DNA of 56,648 nt from a virus (taxonomy: Duplodnaviria; Caudoviricetes): positions 1-56,648 of the IMG/VR virus record IMGVR_UViG_3300038678_000070; one strand, 5' to 3'. Positions 37,931 to 47,017 of the stretch are shown piece by piece; positions within the stretch are counted from its first letter, which is position 1; each line of letters begins with the position of its first letter. Both the position numbers and the translations under genes were made by a program. Under the pieces are notes generated by a model, which saw only the letters and a program-made list of their open reading frames with translations, ran no database searches and had not been told where the DNA came from.

Positions 37931-38175
37931 TTGAAAATAGCCCAAGCGACAACCGATAACATTGCAAAGAAAGAGAAATAAGCAAAAGATTCAGGCCAAG
38001 TCATTGAGTCGCTCCATTGGTTTTCGAGGTTTGGCGCTTTGAGGTTTAGCGCAAAGTGCCTTCACGCGAAGCCCAAGGCTGTCAACGTGAAGATTAAGCT
38101 CCAGGTTGGTCATGGTCTTGATCGTTCTCACTGCTTTCTTTGGCTTGAAGAACATTATAGCCTCCTTCTTGCTGG

Positions 38176-38844
38176 TTAAAATACCCTCGTCATTTTATAC
38201 CCTTCCGTCTTCTTTAAATAATCAGGACAAGGGCTATTAAACCTTACAGTCACAAGCAAAGGAATTTTTTTATCTTGTAGCACCTTGAAATGTGTCCGTA
38301 TTGCTCGTTTTCTCTCTTTGAGCATTCTTTTCATCAACCCCCTGTAGTCATTTGTTGATATTGATAACAATGGCCCCTGTTCCATGATGAATAAGTCTTT
38401 AGAATGTGATTCGATGGAATATTGGCCATCTAGCATAGTCTCAAAGACAAATACCGCCCCCACACAGAGTTGCAAAAGGTACTGCTCTTCCGCAAGAAAA
38501 GATTGAACGTACTTTGTAAGCGAGATTGCCTGCTCATGCGTCAATGGTTCCCCATCCAATTTCGGAGAACCAAACGCAGGCATGGCTGTTCCTGGCACTC
38601 CATGTAAAATTGTGTGCACAATCGCATGAGTATCCCCGGAAAGATGCCGCATCTTGTTATAGTCTGTAAAGTCTCGCGGCTTTGGATTCAAATGCTCCGC
38701 TAAAACGCCTTGCCCATCACCATAAACTCCGTGGCAGGTCATACAACGCTCTTGGTACAAACGACCTACTTGGGAATCATCGGCCAGCACTACTTCAGCC
38801 ATAAAAAATGATAAACAAGCTAAAAGTAATAATTTAATTTTCAC
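38176..38844 (-). CDS. Secreted class I c-type cytochrome with C-terminal extension
   Basis: Signal peptide; CMTCH heme motif; G.G.G, PKPRDFT; GVPGTAMPAF with distal Met. Confidence 0.9.
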   Translation of the reverse strand: MKIKLLLLACLSFFMAEVVLADDSQVGRLYQERCMTCHGVYGDGQGVLAEHLNPKPRDFTDYNKMRHLSGDTHAIVHTILHGVPGTAMPAFGSPKLDGEPLTHEQAISLTKYVQSFLAEEQYLLQLCVGAVFVFETMLDGQYSIESHSKDLFIMEQGPLLSISTNDYRGLMKRMLKERKRAIRTHFKVLQDKKIPLLVTVRFNSPCPDYLKKTEGYKMTRVF

Positions 38845-39041
38845 TTATTATTCTCCTTTTCTTCCCAGTGGATACAGCCGAAATGCTCCCTAGTGGTTAA
38901 TTCGCTGGTTTCAATTATATCGCACTCCATACAATTCCCGAATTGATCCCCTTTGATCTCTTCCCAATGCCGACAATCCCCGCAAGTGCCGATCAAGGTT
39001 TTGCCTCTCACTGAAAAAGCCTTTTGGTGCCGGGAGGTCAT
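38841..39041 (-). CDS. Cys-rich GKTLIGTC-family protein (copy 2)
   Basis: GKTLIGTCGDCR...C...FGCIHW. Confidence 0.7.
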   Translation of the reverse strand: MTSRHQKAFSVRGKTLIGTCGDCRHWEEIKGDQFGNCMECDIIETSELTTREHFGCIHWEEKENNK

Positions 39042-39207
39042 TCATGCCACCTCAAAGAATAAGTTAATGCAGTTACATAAAATTCTGAATATCCTGCCAT
39101 TATTAAACGATAGATGAACGTAGCATTGCTCGCTTCATATCTTGATATCACCCTTCTACCTCCGTTCACTGGGAAACATGAAGGTTCATGCTTCGCGTTT
39201 AAGTTTA

Positions 39208-39366
39208 GAACGTGGCCGGATTCCCCACCCGGCTCCGAGTACCCATGCTACTCCGACATCTCTGGTACAGGCAGTTACTGCTTTCAAAACGGGATTAGCT
39301 AGTTCCCTGTTCAGCGCTTCCCTCTAATCCCGGTATGAGCTACAGTCGCGCTCACGCCGCACGTCC
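39208..39366 (-). ncRNA. tRNA-like structured RNA (element A)
   Basis: 7-bp GGACGTG/CACGTTC closing stem adjacent to a GCCGG/CCGGC T-arm-like hairpin; internal stems GGGATTAG/CTAATCCC and GTACC/GGTAC. Confidence 0.55.
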
Positions 39367-39390
39367 ATAATATTTAGTTCAGGTCGGGTC

Positions 39391-39864
39391 TTAAAAATTC
39401 GTCCAAGCGAATTCACCAAAATACCGTCCCGCCGCTTCGTCGTAAGCGCGTGCCGCTTCAATTTCAGTTTTGTAATAACCAATGTGTTGGGTTTTATTTT
39501 TTTCAGTGTTTACTTGGACACGCCACAATTCCCGCTTCCACGCCTTGCATACTCCCTTGTATTTAGAGGTTGATCGTTTTGTGAGTTTCTTCGGTGAATT
39601 CATCTGGTTTTGAGAGTTAGTACAATTTCTTAAATTGGGTTTCTGGCAATCAAGCCTATCCCCATTTATGTGATCTGTCTGCATTCCCTTTGGCGTTTTA
39701 TTAACAATCCGGTGGATATAAATTGTTTTTATTTTTCCGGCTATACGTTCATTTCTAGCGGCATAACCATCAGAAACTAATTTCCAATTAAATTCATTCA
39801 AAAACTCGAAATCCCCATCGTCAACTAATGCAAACTTTCCTTGGGTTAATGGTATTTTTTTCAT
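39391..39864 (-). CDS. HNH-AP2 homing endonuclease (copy 4)
   Basis: LTQGKFALVDD; TDHINGDRLD; SKYKGV; EAARAYD..A..YFGEFA. Confidence 0.9.
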   Translation of the reverse strand: MKKIPLTQGKFALVDDGDFEFLNEFNWKLVSDGYAARNERIAGKIKTIYIHRIVNKTPKGMQTDHINGDRLDCQKPNLRNCTNSQNQMNSPKKLTKRSTSKYKGVCKAWKRELWRVQVNTEKNKTQHIGYYKTEIEAARAYDEAAGRYFGEFAWTNF

Positions 39865-39887
39865 AATTGACCTTATTGATTAAATGA

Positions 39888-40022
39888 AACCGGCTGTGAT
39901 TGGTGCGCATCCCTCGCGTCACCGCTTTTCCGCATGATCCTGTCCTGCGGCTAAGGGGCCAACCACACCGCCTTGCCATAGCACCTTATACTGCGATGGT
40001 ATTCAAGGTCGGTTGCCGGGTT
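39888..40022 (-). ncRNA. Three-way-junction structured RNA (element C)
   Basis: CCGGC-A-ACCG...CGGT-GTGGTTGG...CCAATCAC-A-GCCGG; core shared with 41866-42011. Confidence 0.6.
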
Positions 40023-40031
40023 TTAAAAGTT

Positions 40032-40310
40032 TCATAGATTGCGTAACTCTTTGTCCCAGTCTGAATTTTTCGGCAAGCTATCAGATGTTTCAGGTTTCCA
40101 TGTCAACGGCTTCCACCGATCAGCCCCTATGTCTGCCAGAGGGGTTGTCCATTTTATAAAGCTATCAGTAACCACAACCCATTCACCTGATATGGAACTT
40201 TTCAGCCTACACACGACCCAAACGCTGGGAATCCATTGGTACTCATGCTTGCAATAAAGAATATAGTGCCAACCAAACAGATAGTGGGCTAGCTTTTGGA
40301 ATATGCTCAT
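40032..40310 (-). CDS. Hypothetical protein
   Basis: AGGAGG RBS. Confidence 0.6.
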   Translation of the reverse strand: MSIFQKLAHYLFGWHYILYCKHEYQWIPSVWVVCRLKSSISGEWVVVTDSFIKWTTPLADIGADRWKPLTWKPETSDSLPKNSDWDKELRNL

Positions 40311-40347
40311 GATTCAATCCTCCTTTCACACTTTAGAAGGGTATTCA

Positions 40348-41205
40348 TCAGAACGGTATATCCGGCACATCTCCGTGGTCAGACTGGTCGCCGCCACCGT
40401 GAGGCCACTCCTTTTCAACATACGTGCATACCCTCTCATAATCTTTCCAGCCCAAGCCATCAATCCCATCCACCTTGTAATGTTCTTTCAGGTGAGCGTT
40501 CAAGTCTTCGATGGCGACTCCGGCGCCCATCGTAATAGCGTACAGGCGCTTGCCTTGTGCTTTGCTGATCGGGGTGCCACGGTCGCCCATGCCAGGGTGT
40601 TTATTCGGAGCAGACTTGGTGTATGTTTTCTTTGGCTGTTGAGTCGGAGCGTGGGCTTCTCTTTGAGAGAATTCCTGCCCACCAACCACTTCCTTGGCGA
40701 CCTTCATAACGTCACGCTCAGGGATTGCATCGCTACTCTCGCCAGTAACATATTTGTTACTATCCCATTGGCTACAAAAAACATCAGCTCCCGCCCCTAT
40801 GAAGCTGGCGGCCTTAGTAATTGCGTCCGTCAACGATTTCTTCGGGGCGTCCTCGTCAGTTACCCAGCCTCGGACTGCCTCTTTCCTGGTGAAGTACGTT
40901 TGCCCGTAGGCGGGGATTTCTTCTGACTTTACATCATTCTCTATGTACCAAAGGCCAATGCGAACAACATGAAGGATGGTCTTGTTGCCCTCGTCTCCAT
41001 GCCCGACATGGTAGCCCTCATCATGGACATTGTACCCCCACCCAATACCGCAAGGACCGAAACGCTCGGTCAGACTGTGGATAGTATAATACGCATTGAT
41101 AGCTGTCATAGCGTATCCCTTCCCGGTCACATCTTTCAATGCTTTAGGGTCAGTAGTTTTTAGCGCATTCCATATTTCTAAATTATCTGGTTTCTCTTCT
41201 TTCAA
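40348..41205 (-). CDS. Putative single-strand annealing protein (Rad52/Sak-like)
   Basis: LTERFGPCGIGWG; DEDAPKKSLTDAITKAAS; acidic DIPF C-terminus; probable TTG start after AGGAG. Confidence 0.7.
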   Translation of the reverse strand: MKEEKPDNLEIWNALKTTDPKALKDVTGKGYAMTAINAYYTIHSLTERFGPCGIGWGYNVHDEGYHVGHGDEGNKTILHVVRIGLWYIENDVKSEEIPAYGQTYFTRKEAVRGWVTDEDAPKKSLTDAITKAASFIGAGADVFCSQWDSNKYVTGESSDAIPERDVMKVAKEVVGGQEFSQREAHAPTQQPKKTYTKSAPNKHPGMGDRGTPISKAQGKRLYAITMGAGVAIEDLNAHLKEHYKVDGIDGLGWKDYERVCTYVEKEWPHGGGDQSDHGDVPDIPF

Positions 41206-41269
41206 AACTGTTCTCCTTTGGTTTTTATTTACCTGGAAGCGATTACATCGCAACAGGCTAGTTTAAATT

Positions 41270-41740
41270 TTAGATCCGGGATTCTTCGTCAAACCGCTCC
41301 CAGCATTTAGATTTATCCTTAAAATGCTTGCAATCTGAGAAAGCTCCACATCCCGCACACTCATCCCAATTTGGTTTTTTATCGTAATCAGCGGATTGAT
41401 ACCACCAAGCTGGACAGGTGAATTTCCTGTTCTCACTCTTTTTAGGAAAGTTCTGTCCTTCATCCCAAAGTTCATAGGGCATGCCCCCAAAGTCCTTGAG
41501 AATATATCCGTTGCCTGTGCCGATTGTCATTCCAGGGTTAGCCTTATAAACTCGCTTGACCCCGGATTTCGCTTTTCTTTTCAAGAAATCATTGTATTTA
41601 TGAACCCGATGAACTTTCCCCGTTCCGTTGCAATGAAAACAGACGACAGCAGCTCCATCACGCTCACCAAGACCAATGTAAAGTCCTGTCGCTTTGCATG
41701 AAGTGCATTCGCAGTCATATTCAATTATAATATGCTCCAT
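41270..41740 (-). CDS. CxxCxxxG zinc-finger hypothetical protein
   Basis: CTSCKATG...CFHCNGTG plus C-terminal Cys cluster. Confidence 0.7.
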   Translation of the reverse strand: MEHIIIEYDCECTSCKATGLYIGLGERDGAAVVCFHCNGTGKVHRVHKYNDFLKRKAKSGVKRVYKANPGMTIGTGNGYILKDFGGMPYELWDEGQNFPKKSENRKFTCPAWWYQSADYDKKPNWDECAGCGAFSDCKHFKDKSKCWERFDEESRI

Positions 41741-41768
41741 CTCATCTCCTTTGTATTTTAAATTTTTA

Positions 41769-41857
41769 AGCACCTCTAGGCCCGGCAGGTTTCGTCGCCA
41801 GAGTTCCGTCTGCCGTCACAATGAGGCCAGTCTCGCGTTGGCTGGCCTAAAGGTGCT
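41769..41857 (-). ncRNA. Candidate structured RNA (element E)
   Basis: 14-bp AGCACCTTTAGGCC/GGCCTAGAGGTGCT stem enclosing CGGCAG/CTGCCG. Confidence 0.45.
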
Positions 41858-41865
41858 CATTTATC

Positions 41866-42011
41866 CCCGACTGTGGCTGTCGTACGCCCCGAATTTATAA
41901 GCGAACTCGTTTAGACGTTAGGCCGTCTTTCGGGACAGCCACACCGCTAAGTGGATGCTTTTTTATACCCCAGCATAACCTGTAGGGGGCATTTTAAGCG
42001 GTTGCCGGGTT
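41866..42011 (-). ncRNA. Three-way-junction structured RNA (element D)
   Basis: CCCGGC-A-ACCGCT...AGCGGT-GTGGCTGTC...GACAGCCAC-A-GTCGGG. Confidence 0.6.
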
Positions 42012-42017
42012 GGATTG

Positions 42018-42215
42018 TTAGTAGCCAGGATACTTGCGTTCCCGTCTAAATTGTCTCCTTCCAATCGGCTGGAAGTAGCCGTCACTCTCCCCTGGCTTCA
42101 GTTCGATGTGATGAGGTTTGTTGACAAAGTGAACCCGGCAAGATCCGGGCACACGGGATGGGGTTTTATCTCCCGGCTTAATCTTTAATTCCCATGTTTC
42201 AAAGCTATCCACCAT
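42018..42215 (-). CDS. Hypothetical protein
   Basis: ORF track. Confidence 0.5.
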   Translation of the reverse strand: MVDSFETWELKIKPGDKTPSRVPGSCRVHFVNKPHHIELKPGESDGYFQPIGRRQFRRERKYPGY

Positions 42216-42372
42216 CGTTATCCGCCAACAGCCCTTCGGCTTCTAGTCTGTTATCGTTTATAGCGTCTAACCATTCCTTGTATTCTTCCTCCCATTTCTC
42301 CTGACATGATTCGCTACAGAACAAGTCGTTCTCTTTAGGCATTTCCGCTTGGCAATTATGGCATTGGTTCAT
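42205..42372 (-). CDS. Small Zn-ribbon protein (MNQCHNC...FCSESC, 55 aa)
   Basis: Translated by hand; CxxC...FCSxxC. Confidence 0.55.
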   Translation of the reverse strand: MNQCHNCQAEMPKENDLFCSESCQEKWEEEYKEWLDAINDNRLEAEGLLADNDGG

Positions 42373-42595
42373 TTTCAACATCCTCCTCGATTAATTCATA
42401 GGTAACTTTGTACTGGGCAATGCGGTACTTTTCTGTGTCTTCAAAGATCCCATGGCAATTGGCGTGTCTGGCCTCTGATGCCGAATCAAAATCGTACTCA
42501 TTGCAGTAAGCCCGACTGTAACTCCCAACTGCCATGCCGGTTGCCCTATCTATTATCCTAAAAACAGTGGAAGGTTTTTTCTCTGCTGGTTTCAT
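42356..42595 (-). CDS. Hypothetical protein
   Basis: Start moved to MKPAEKK after AGGAG. Confidence 0.6.
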   Translation of the reverse strand: MKPAEKKPSTVFRIIDRATGMAVGSYSRAYCNEYDFDSASEARHANCHGIFEDTEKYRIAQYKVTYELIEEDVENEPMP

Positions 42596-42658
42596 TCTAA
42601 ACGCTCCTTTTAATACCGCATACTTATAAAATAGCAGATGAGACTGGTTTGTCAAATT

Positions 42659-42994
42659 TTAAATAGAATTAACCTGTTGCAATAGCAGCTCCTCTTCGTG
42701 GGTCAATAGTTCAGGGAAATTATCCGCAAGGTTTGCGAGGCGTTTAGACCCTTGGACGTCCCATATCTTCCTAACAATATCGTCTATAGTGAGTGATGAG
42801 CTTTGCTCTGGAGATAGCTTTTCTTGCATTATTGCTTGAGCTACCACCCACTCAATGAAGCTGGAAACAGTTCTTCTTTGTCTCCGTGAAGCCAGTTCAA
42901 GTGCAAACCTCAGCTTTGGATCAAATCGTACCGTCACCACTTCAGAGCGTGATAATTTACCTCCGCCATGCTTTGTGTCTGTTGTATGTTTCAT
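42659..42994 (-). CDS. Ribbon-helix-helix-like DNA-binding protein
   Basis: VVTVRFDPKLRFALELASRRQRRTVSSFIEW. Confidence 0.7.
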   Translation of the reverse strand: MKHTTDTKHGGGKLSRSEVVTVRFDPKLRFALELASRRQRRTVSSFIEWVVAQAIMQEKLSPEQSSSLTIDDIVRKIWDVQGSKRLANLADNFPELLTHEEELLLQQVNSI

Positions 42995-44560
42995 ATAGAA
43001 TTAACCCATTTTATAAAAAGTTTATCGTCTTTCAGGTGAGCCAAGTCTTTTTTGGCGAGCTCTGACAGCGTTGGGGCTTCGACCTTTTCGAGCTTGCCGT
43101 GTTTATTGTAGGTGCGGCACTCAAAGAGTTGCTTGACGTGTGCCCCTGTCCTGATCTGGAAGTCTTCGCCCTCGTATATTTGTTTTAGTTGTGTGTAGTT
43201 CATGAGGATTCCCTCAGTTTGATTCTGCCTCGAATGTCGCATTCTAGCCCAATGAGTTGAGCTTGGTGTGAGCGGGTTAGCTCTCCACTAAGGGCGATAT
43301 TTAAGATATATTTTTTACTGCCTGATTCATCCCTGCCAACCAACCACATACCGGGTGGGTCGCCAGCCTCTAGCCAAAACTCGATAACGGGGTTACGGGT
43401 TTCTTTTTCTTCAGTTGCTGGGTTGTTTAAAATAATTGCTTTCATGATTCAGTCTCCTTTGATTTAGGTTCGCTAGTAACTCTTTCAATTTCTTCCCAAT
43501 ACCCCGGGTCTTTCAGGTATTTTACAAACGCGGCGACCTCCATAGGAAAGCCCATGCTTAACGCCATAAGCTCGTCATTGTCGGCGAGGGACATAGCTTC
43601 AAACAGTGCGTTTGTGAATGGTCCATATTGATAGGTTTGCCATGAATAAATAAATGCTTGCTCCGCATCCAGCCCCCACCTGTCCATTGCCCCCTTGTAG
43701 TATGGTGTCATTGTTCAGTTCCTTGCTTTGATTCGGCAATCATGTAATCTGCCCACTCGTAGCACTCTCTGACATCTACTGCTGTTGCAGGCTTGCCCGC
43801 CCGAGCCTGCATTGCCAAACCAGCCAGCCAGTTACGGCGGGTGATGCCATTTCTAGCTTCAGGCCAAGCATCTTCAAAAGGGTGCTTGGTCATTTCAAAA
43901 CTTGGCGGATATACATATCCACCTTCATCAATTTTATTAGTCATTGTTTCCCCTGTCTTAAGGTTTAGTTTTTCCCGGCAAGGCGTTCATTAAATTCACG
44001 CCCTGACCGGGGCAGTTGCTTTGCTAGCCGTGCCATTGCCATGAGTTGCAAGTCAGGAACAGCGCCCCTGTGTTGTTCAAGGTATGCTTTCATGACATCG
44101 ACAACACCGTGCCAGTCGAATATAGTCAAGCCGATGGTGAGCGTTTCTATTGGCCTGAATGGTGAGTTTTTCATAGGGTGTTATCCTTTTAAAATTGTTT
44201 CAGAATAGTAAGTTCCTGAATCCACGTCCAAGGTCAAGCCCAGATCACCCGCTTCCTCTTTGGTCCCGTAAATATCGGAAAAAACTTCCCTGACAACCAC
44301 AATCTGTCCGGGCTGGAGATTTTCGGCGCTGTTTCCTTCAGGCGTAATGTATATTATTATGGCTTTCACGATTCCTTCTCCTCTAGGTTAAAGAAGGCCG
44401 GGTCACTGTGTTTATAATACGCGCCTCCTGTTACTGTCGATTCAGTCGTGGTGGCATGTATAAATTTACTTCCGATTGTCTTCCGAATAGCTTCTTCAAT
44501 CGTATCGGCTTCGTTAACAACTACTTCTTGTAGTTTTCGTGTAATGATCCATTTTTTCAT
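42991..44560 (-). other. Cluster of seven short, coupled early-region hypothetical CDSs
   Basis: ORFs 42991-43203, 43200-43445, 43442-43711, 43708-43944, 43965-44174, 44181-44369, 44366-44560; mostly ATGA/GTGA overlaps. Confidence 0.65.
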
Positions 44561-44573
44561 TGTCTTCTCCTTT

Positions 44574-45053
44574 TTAGGTTGCTACGTTGTTGTCTGTGAT
44601 AATGATAGTCCCTATATCGTCCCATTCTTCACCGCGCCAATCTACTGACCCATTTAGCTTATAGCCAGATGGGGCAAGGAAGTTCTTGATAATATACTCA
44701 AGCCATTCCACGTAGGCGTAGAATTTTTCGCATCCATTCCACTCGATTCCTTCCCCGTCTTCAGTCGGAACCCATTGACACCATAGTCCCGGTTGGGTGG
44801 TTGGAGGAGTGTTGTAATCAACAATGTCTGATGAGCGAGTTTGCCCGCAAATGCCTCCAGCGTCCACATAAAATTCCCCTTCAACTTCAGTTCGCAAGGT
44901 TTCTTGACTCCATACCGTTTTCCTGTCTAGTATTTTTGCCGTGTCTCTCTTCATTCTTCTTGAGTCGGAGAATTTATTGAGGTAGTCGATGTGGTCTTGG
45001 CTAAGGGCTGGGGTTACTTGAAATGATCCTCTAAAGTCTGTTGTATATCCCAC
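44574..45053 (-). CDS. Conserved phage hypothetical protein (MGYTTDF...QPGLWCQW...EKFY)
   Basis: Probable GTG start after GAGGA; motif-rich sequence. Confidence 0.7.
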   Translation of the reverse strand: MGYTTDFRGSFQVTPALSQDHIDYLNKFSDSRRMKRDTAKILDRKTVWSQETLRTEVEGEFYVDAGGICGQTRSSDIVDYNTPPTTQPGLWCQWVPTEDGEGIEWNGCEKFYAYVEWLEYIIKNFLAPSGYKLNGSVDWRGEEWDDIGTIIITDNNVAT

Positions 45054-45152
45054 AATTTTATCCTCTAGTTGCAAAACATTAGTGTCACCAGGACACCGGA
45101 CATGAAAGCACCGGCTATTGATAGTGCTAGTATTTGGTGGAAGTATGGCATT

Positions 45153-45446
45153 TTAATGAACCTCGTGCTTTCTTATGCCTTCTTGGATGCCGTCAATGTA
45201 GGCGTTCAGGAGAGCCATTAGCTCTTTTTTCGGATAGAATCCCCCAATAACTTTACGCACACCGCCACCTTCTGACATCTGCGCAAGTCCATGTCCGCCG
45301 TAAGCAGAGTCAAGATGATAGTTGCCCGGGTTAGGCGTCACATGTAAATCTTTTTGTGTTGTGTATGGATCTGGCGGGTTGTTTGTCAGCTTATTCAACC
45401 AGTCTATCCTGCCTTGCAGATCCTTCTCTGTTATTCGCTGTGTCAT
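45153..45446 (-). CDS. Hypothetical protein
   Basis: MTQRITEKDL start after AGGAG. Confidence 0.65.
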   Translation of the reverse strand: MTQRITEKDLQGRIDWLNKLTNNPPDPYTTQKDLHVTPNPGNYHLDSAYGGHGLAQMSEGGGVRKVIGGFYPKKELMALLNAYIDGIQEGIRKHEVH

Positions 45447-45617
45447 TGTACTGTCTCCTTTTTTAGATGGCGACACCAAATAGAGACAGTGTTCTCTGGG
45501 TGGTGAACGCCTGCCCTGCTGATCATAAGCTGGACAGCGGCTTTCCTGTTTATTTTACCTTTCTTCAGAAACCTGTAGATACAGGCAACTGTAATGCTTT
45601 GTTTATCTCTCATAATT

Positions 45618-46015
45618 TTATCCTCCGTTTACAAATATTGTGTGATTGGGGTTGAGCGCGGCAATAGCCCTCTCAACTTCTATCCCTTTGGCGTGCCTGG
45701 TGAAAGCAGTTGCAATGGCCGGTATGTTCCCGTATCGGTCAGCGTGGTCAGAAAACTTAGCGAACCAGCCGTGCTGAGTCTTGAATAGGTCGATTATTTT
45801 TGATTGGTTCATCATATTTCCTCTTTAAGGTAAAACTCTGTTTCGGCTCCATTAAGTGTTTTGCCATCGGTCCACGTCAGACCGATGCAACTACGGTTAT
45901 CAATACACTGAATTACGTAGCCATTATGGTAATCACCGATAACCTGATAAGCTTCATTTGCCCAGTGGACTATCTTGCCCCCATCAACCCTGGCTTTTAT
46001 CTGCTCTAATGTCAT
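45618..46015 (-). other. Two short early hypothetical CDSs (45618-45815, 45812-46015)
   Basis: ORF track; ATGA coupling; RBS. Confidence 0.6.
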
Positions 46016-46179
46016 TGCCTTGTCCTCCTATAATGTCATGAATAAAATGATTGTGATTATCAGCGTGGCGACCAGCACCAAGCAAGCTATGATGTTTTGG
46101 AATGTTTCCATTGTCTTGATCCTCTTGGTTAGTTAGTATTTTGCATGGTTTTTAGTCTAAATTTCATGCAAAGGTTTGG

Positions 46180-46353
46180 TTATTCATTTGGTAGATATTC
46201 GCGGATGCGATAAACTCCGCCGAGTTCAGCGTATTTTCGCTCACGGTATTCTTTCCCCCATTTGGATTGTTCCTCAGTGTAGAATACCTCAGTTATTTCC
46301 CATTCAGGGTCGTCGTCATCCTGCCATTCAATAACCCATAAACATTTTTTCAT
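46180..46353 (-). CDS. Hypothetical protein
   Basis: ATGA coupling with upstream gene. Confidence 0.55.
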   Translation of the reverse strand: MKKCLWVIEWQDDDDPEWEITEVFYTEEQSKWGKEYRERKYAELGGVYRIREYLPNE

Positions 46354-46595
46354 GGTTTCCCCTCCCACTTATTACATCCGTCATCGTCATCAAAATTGGC
46401 GCACTTGTCTTTCATGATAGGATTCCAGCAGACAAAAGCAATTCCTTCATTCATTCGCCTGCTTATACCGGCCCTTAGATACCATTTACATCCAAAGCAA
46501 GTGCCGATCAGGGTTTTGCCTTGGTGTTGTTCGCACCTGCCATTCTTAAATTTTTTAGTTAAATACCCACATATTTCACAGCTATCCGTTATCAT
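46350..46595 (-). CDS. Cys-rich GKTLIGTC-family protein (copy 3)
   Basis: CEIC...GKTLIGTCFGCKW...C...GCNKWE. Confidence 0.65.
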   Translation of the reverse strand: MITDSCEICGYLTKKFKNGRCEQHQGKTLIGTCFGCKWYLRAGISRRMNEGIAFVCWNPIMKDKCANFDDDDGCNKWEGKP

Positions 46596-46912
46596 GATAG
46601 GTCACTATCCTTCTTTGAGGTTCTATCTTCCCATCCATCAGCCCAAGGCCCATCTTCGTATCCTGGGCCTTCATTTGGTGGTCCGAATTTTGAGCCATGA
46701 TGAGGGAACCTTTTATAAAGTGAATGCCATTCAAACGGCAAGGATTCGGCGTAGCTTTCAGCCTCTTGGATAGTTTTGAACGGTCCAAAGTTTTCATGAC
46801 CCAGGTTGTTGCCAATGCACAGTCCTACAGTGTAGCAGCCTTCTTTTGACCGCTTAAACTTCGAGGCATTTGCTGATGATGGGTATGCGTAGCTAATATC
46901 TTTGTATGTCAT
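46592..46912 (-). CDS. Early hypothetical protein
   Basis: Preceded by conserved AGAGGATCAAGACA leader. Confidence 0.65.
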   Translation of the reverse strand: MTYKDISYAYPSSANASKFKRSKEGCYTVGLCIGNNLGHENFGPFKTIQEAESYAESLPFEWHSLYKRFPHHGSKFGPPNEGPGYEDGPWADGWEDRTSKKDSDLS

Positions 46913-46988
46913 TGTCTTGATCCTCTTTAGGGTTAGTTCCTTAATACTCTACTTGTCGGAGCGTGGCTCCTTCCCAGTTAACCTAACA

Positions 46989-47017
46989 AGTATACTATGT
47001 TTAGTCAATCCTTTCAA
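46989..47017 (-). promoter_or_regulatory. Sigma70-type early promoter
   Basis: TTGAAA-17-TATACT. Confidence 0.6.

Noticed and set aside
31042-39005. Diversity-generating retroelement TR/VR pair
   Set aside because: No reverse transcriptase; cores differ in length and are not adenine-specific variants
39208-40022. Group I intron containing the HNH-AP2 gene
   Set aside because: No convincing P7 or other core elements, and no interrupted gene on either side
40303-40926. Long antisense ORFs (this one and many opposite the structural genes)
   Set aside because: Shadow frames of well-supported genes, with no RBS or recognisable motifs
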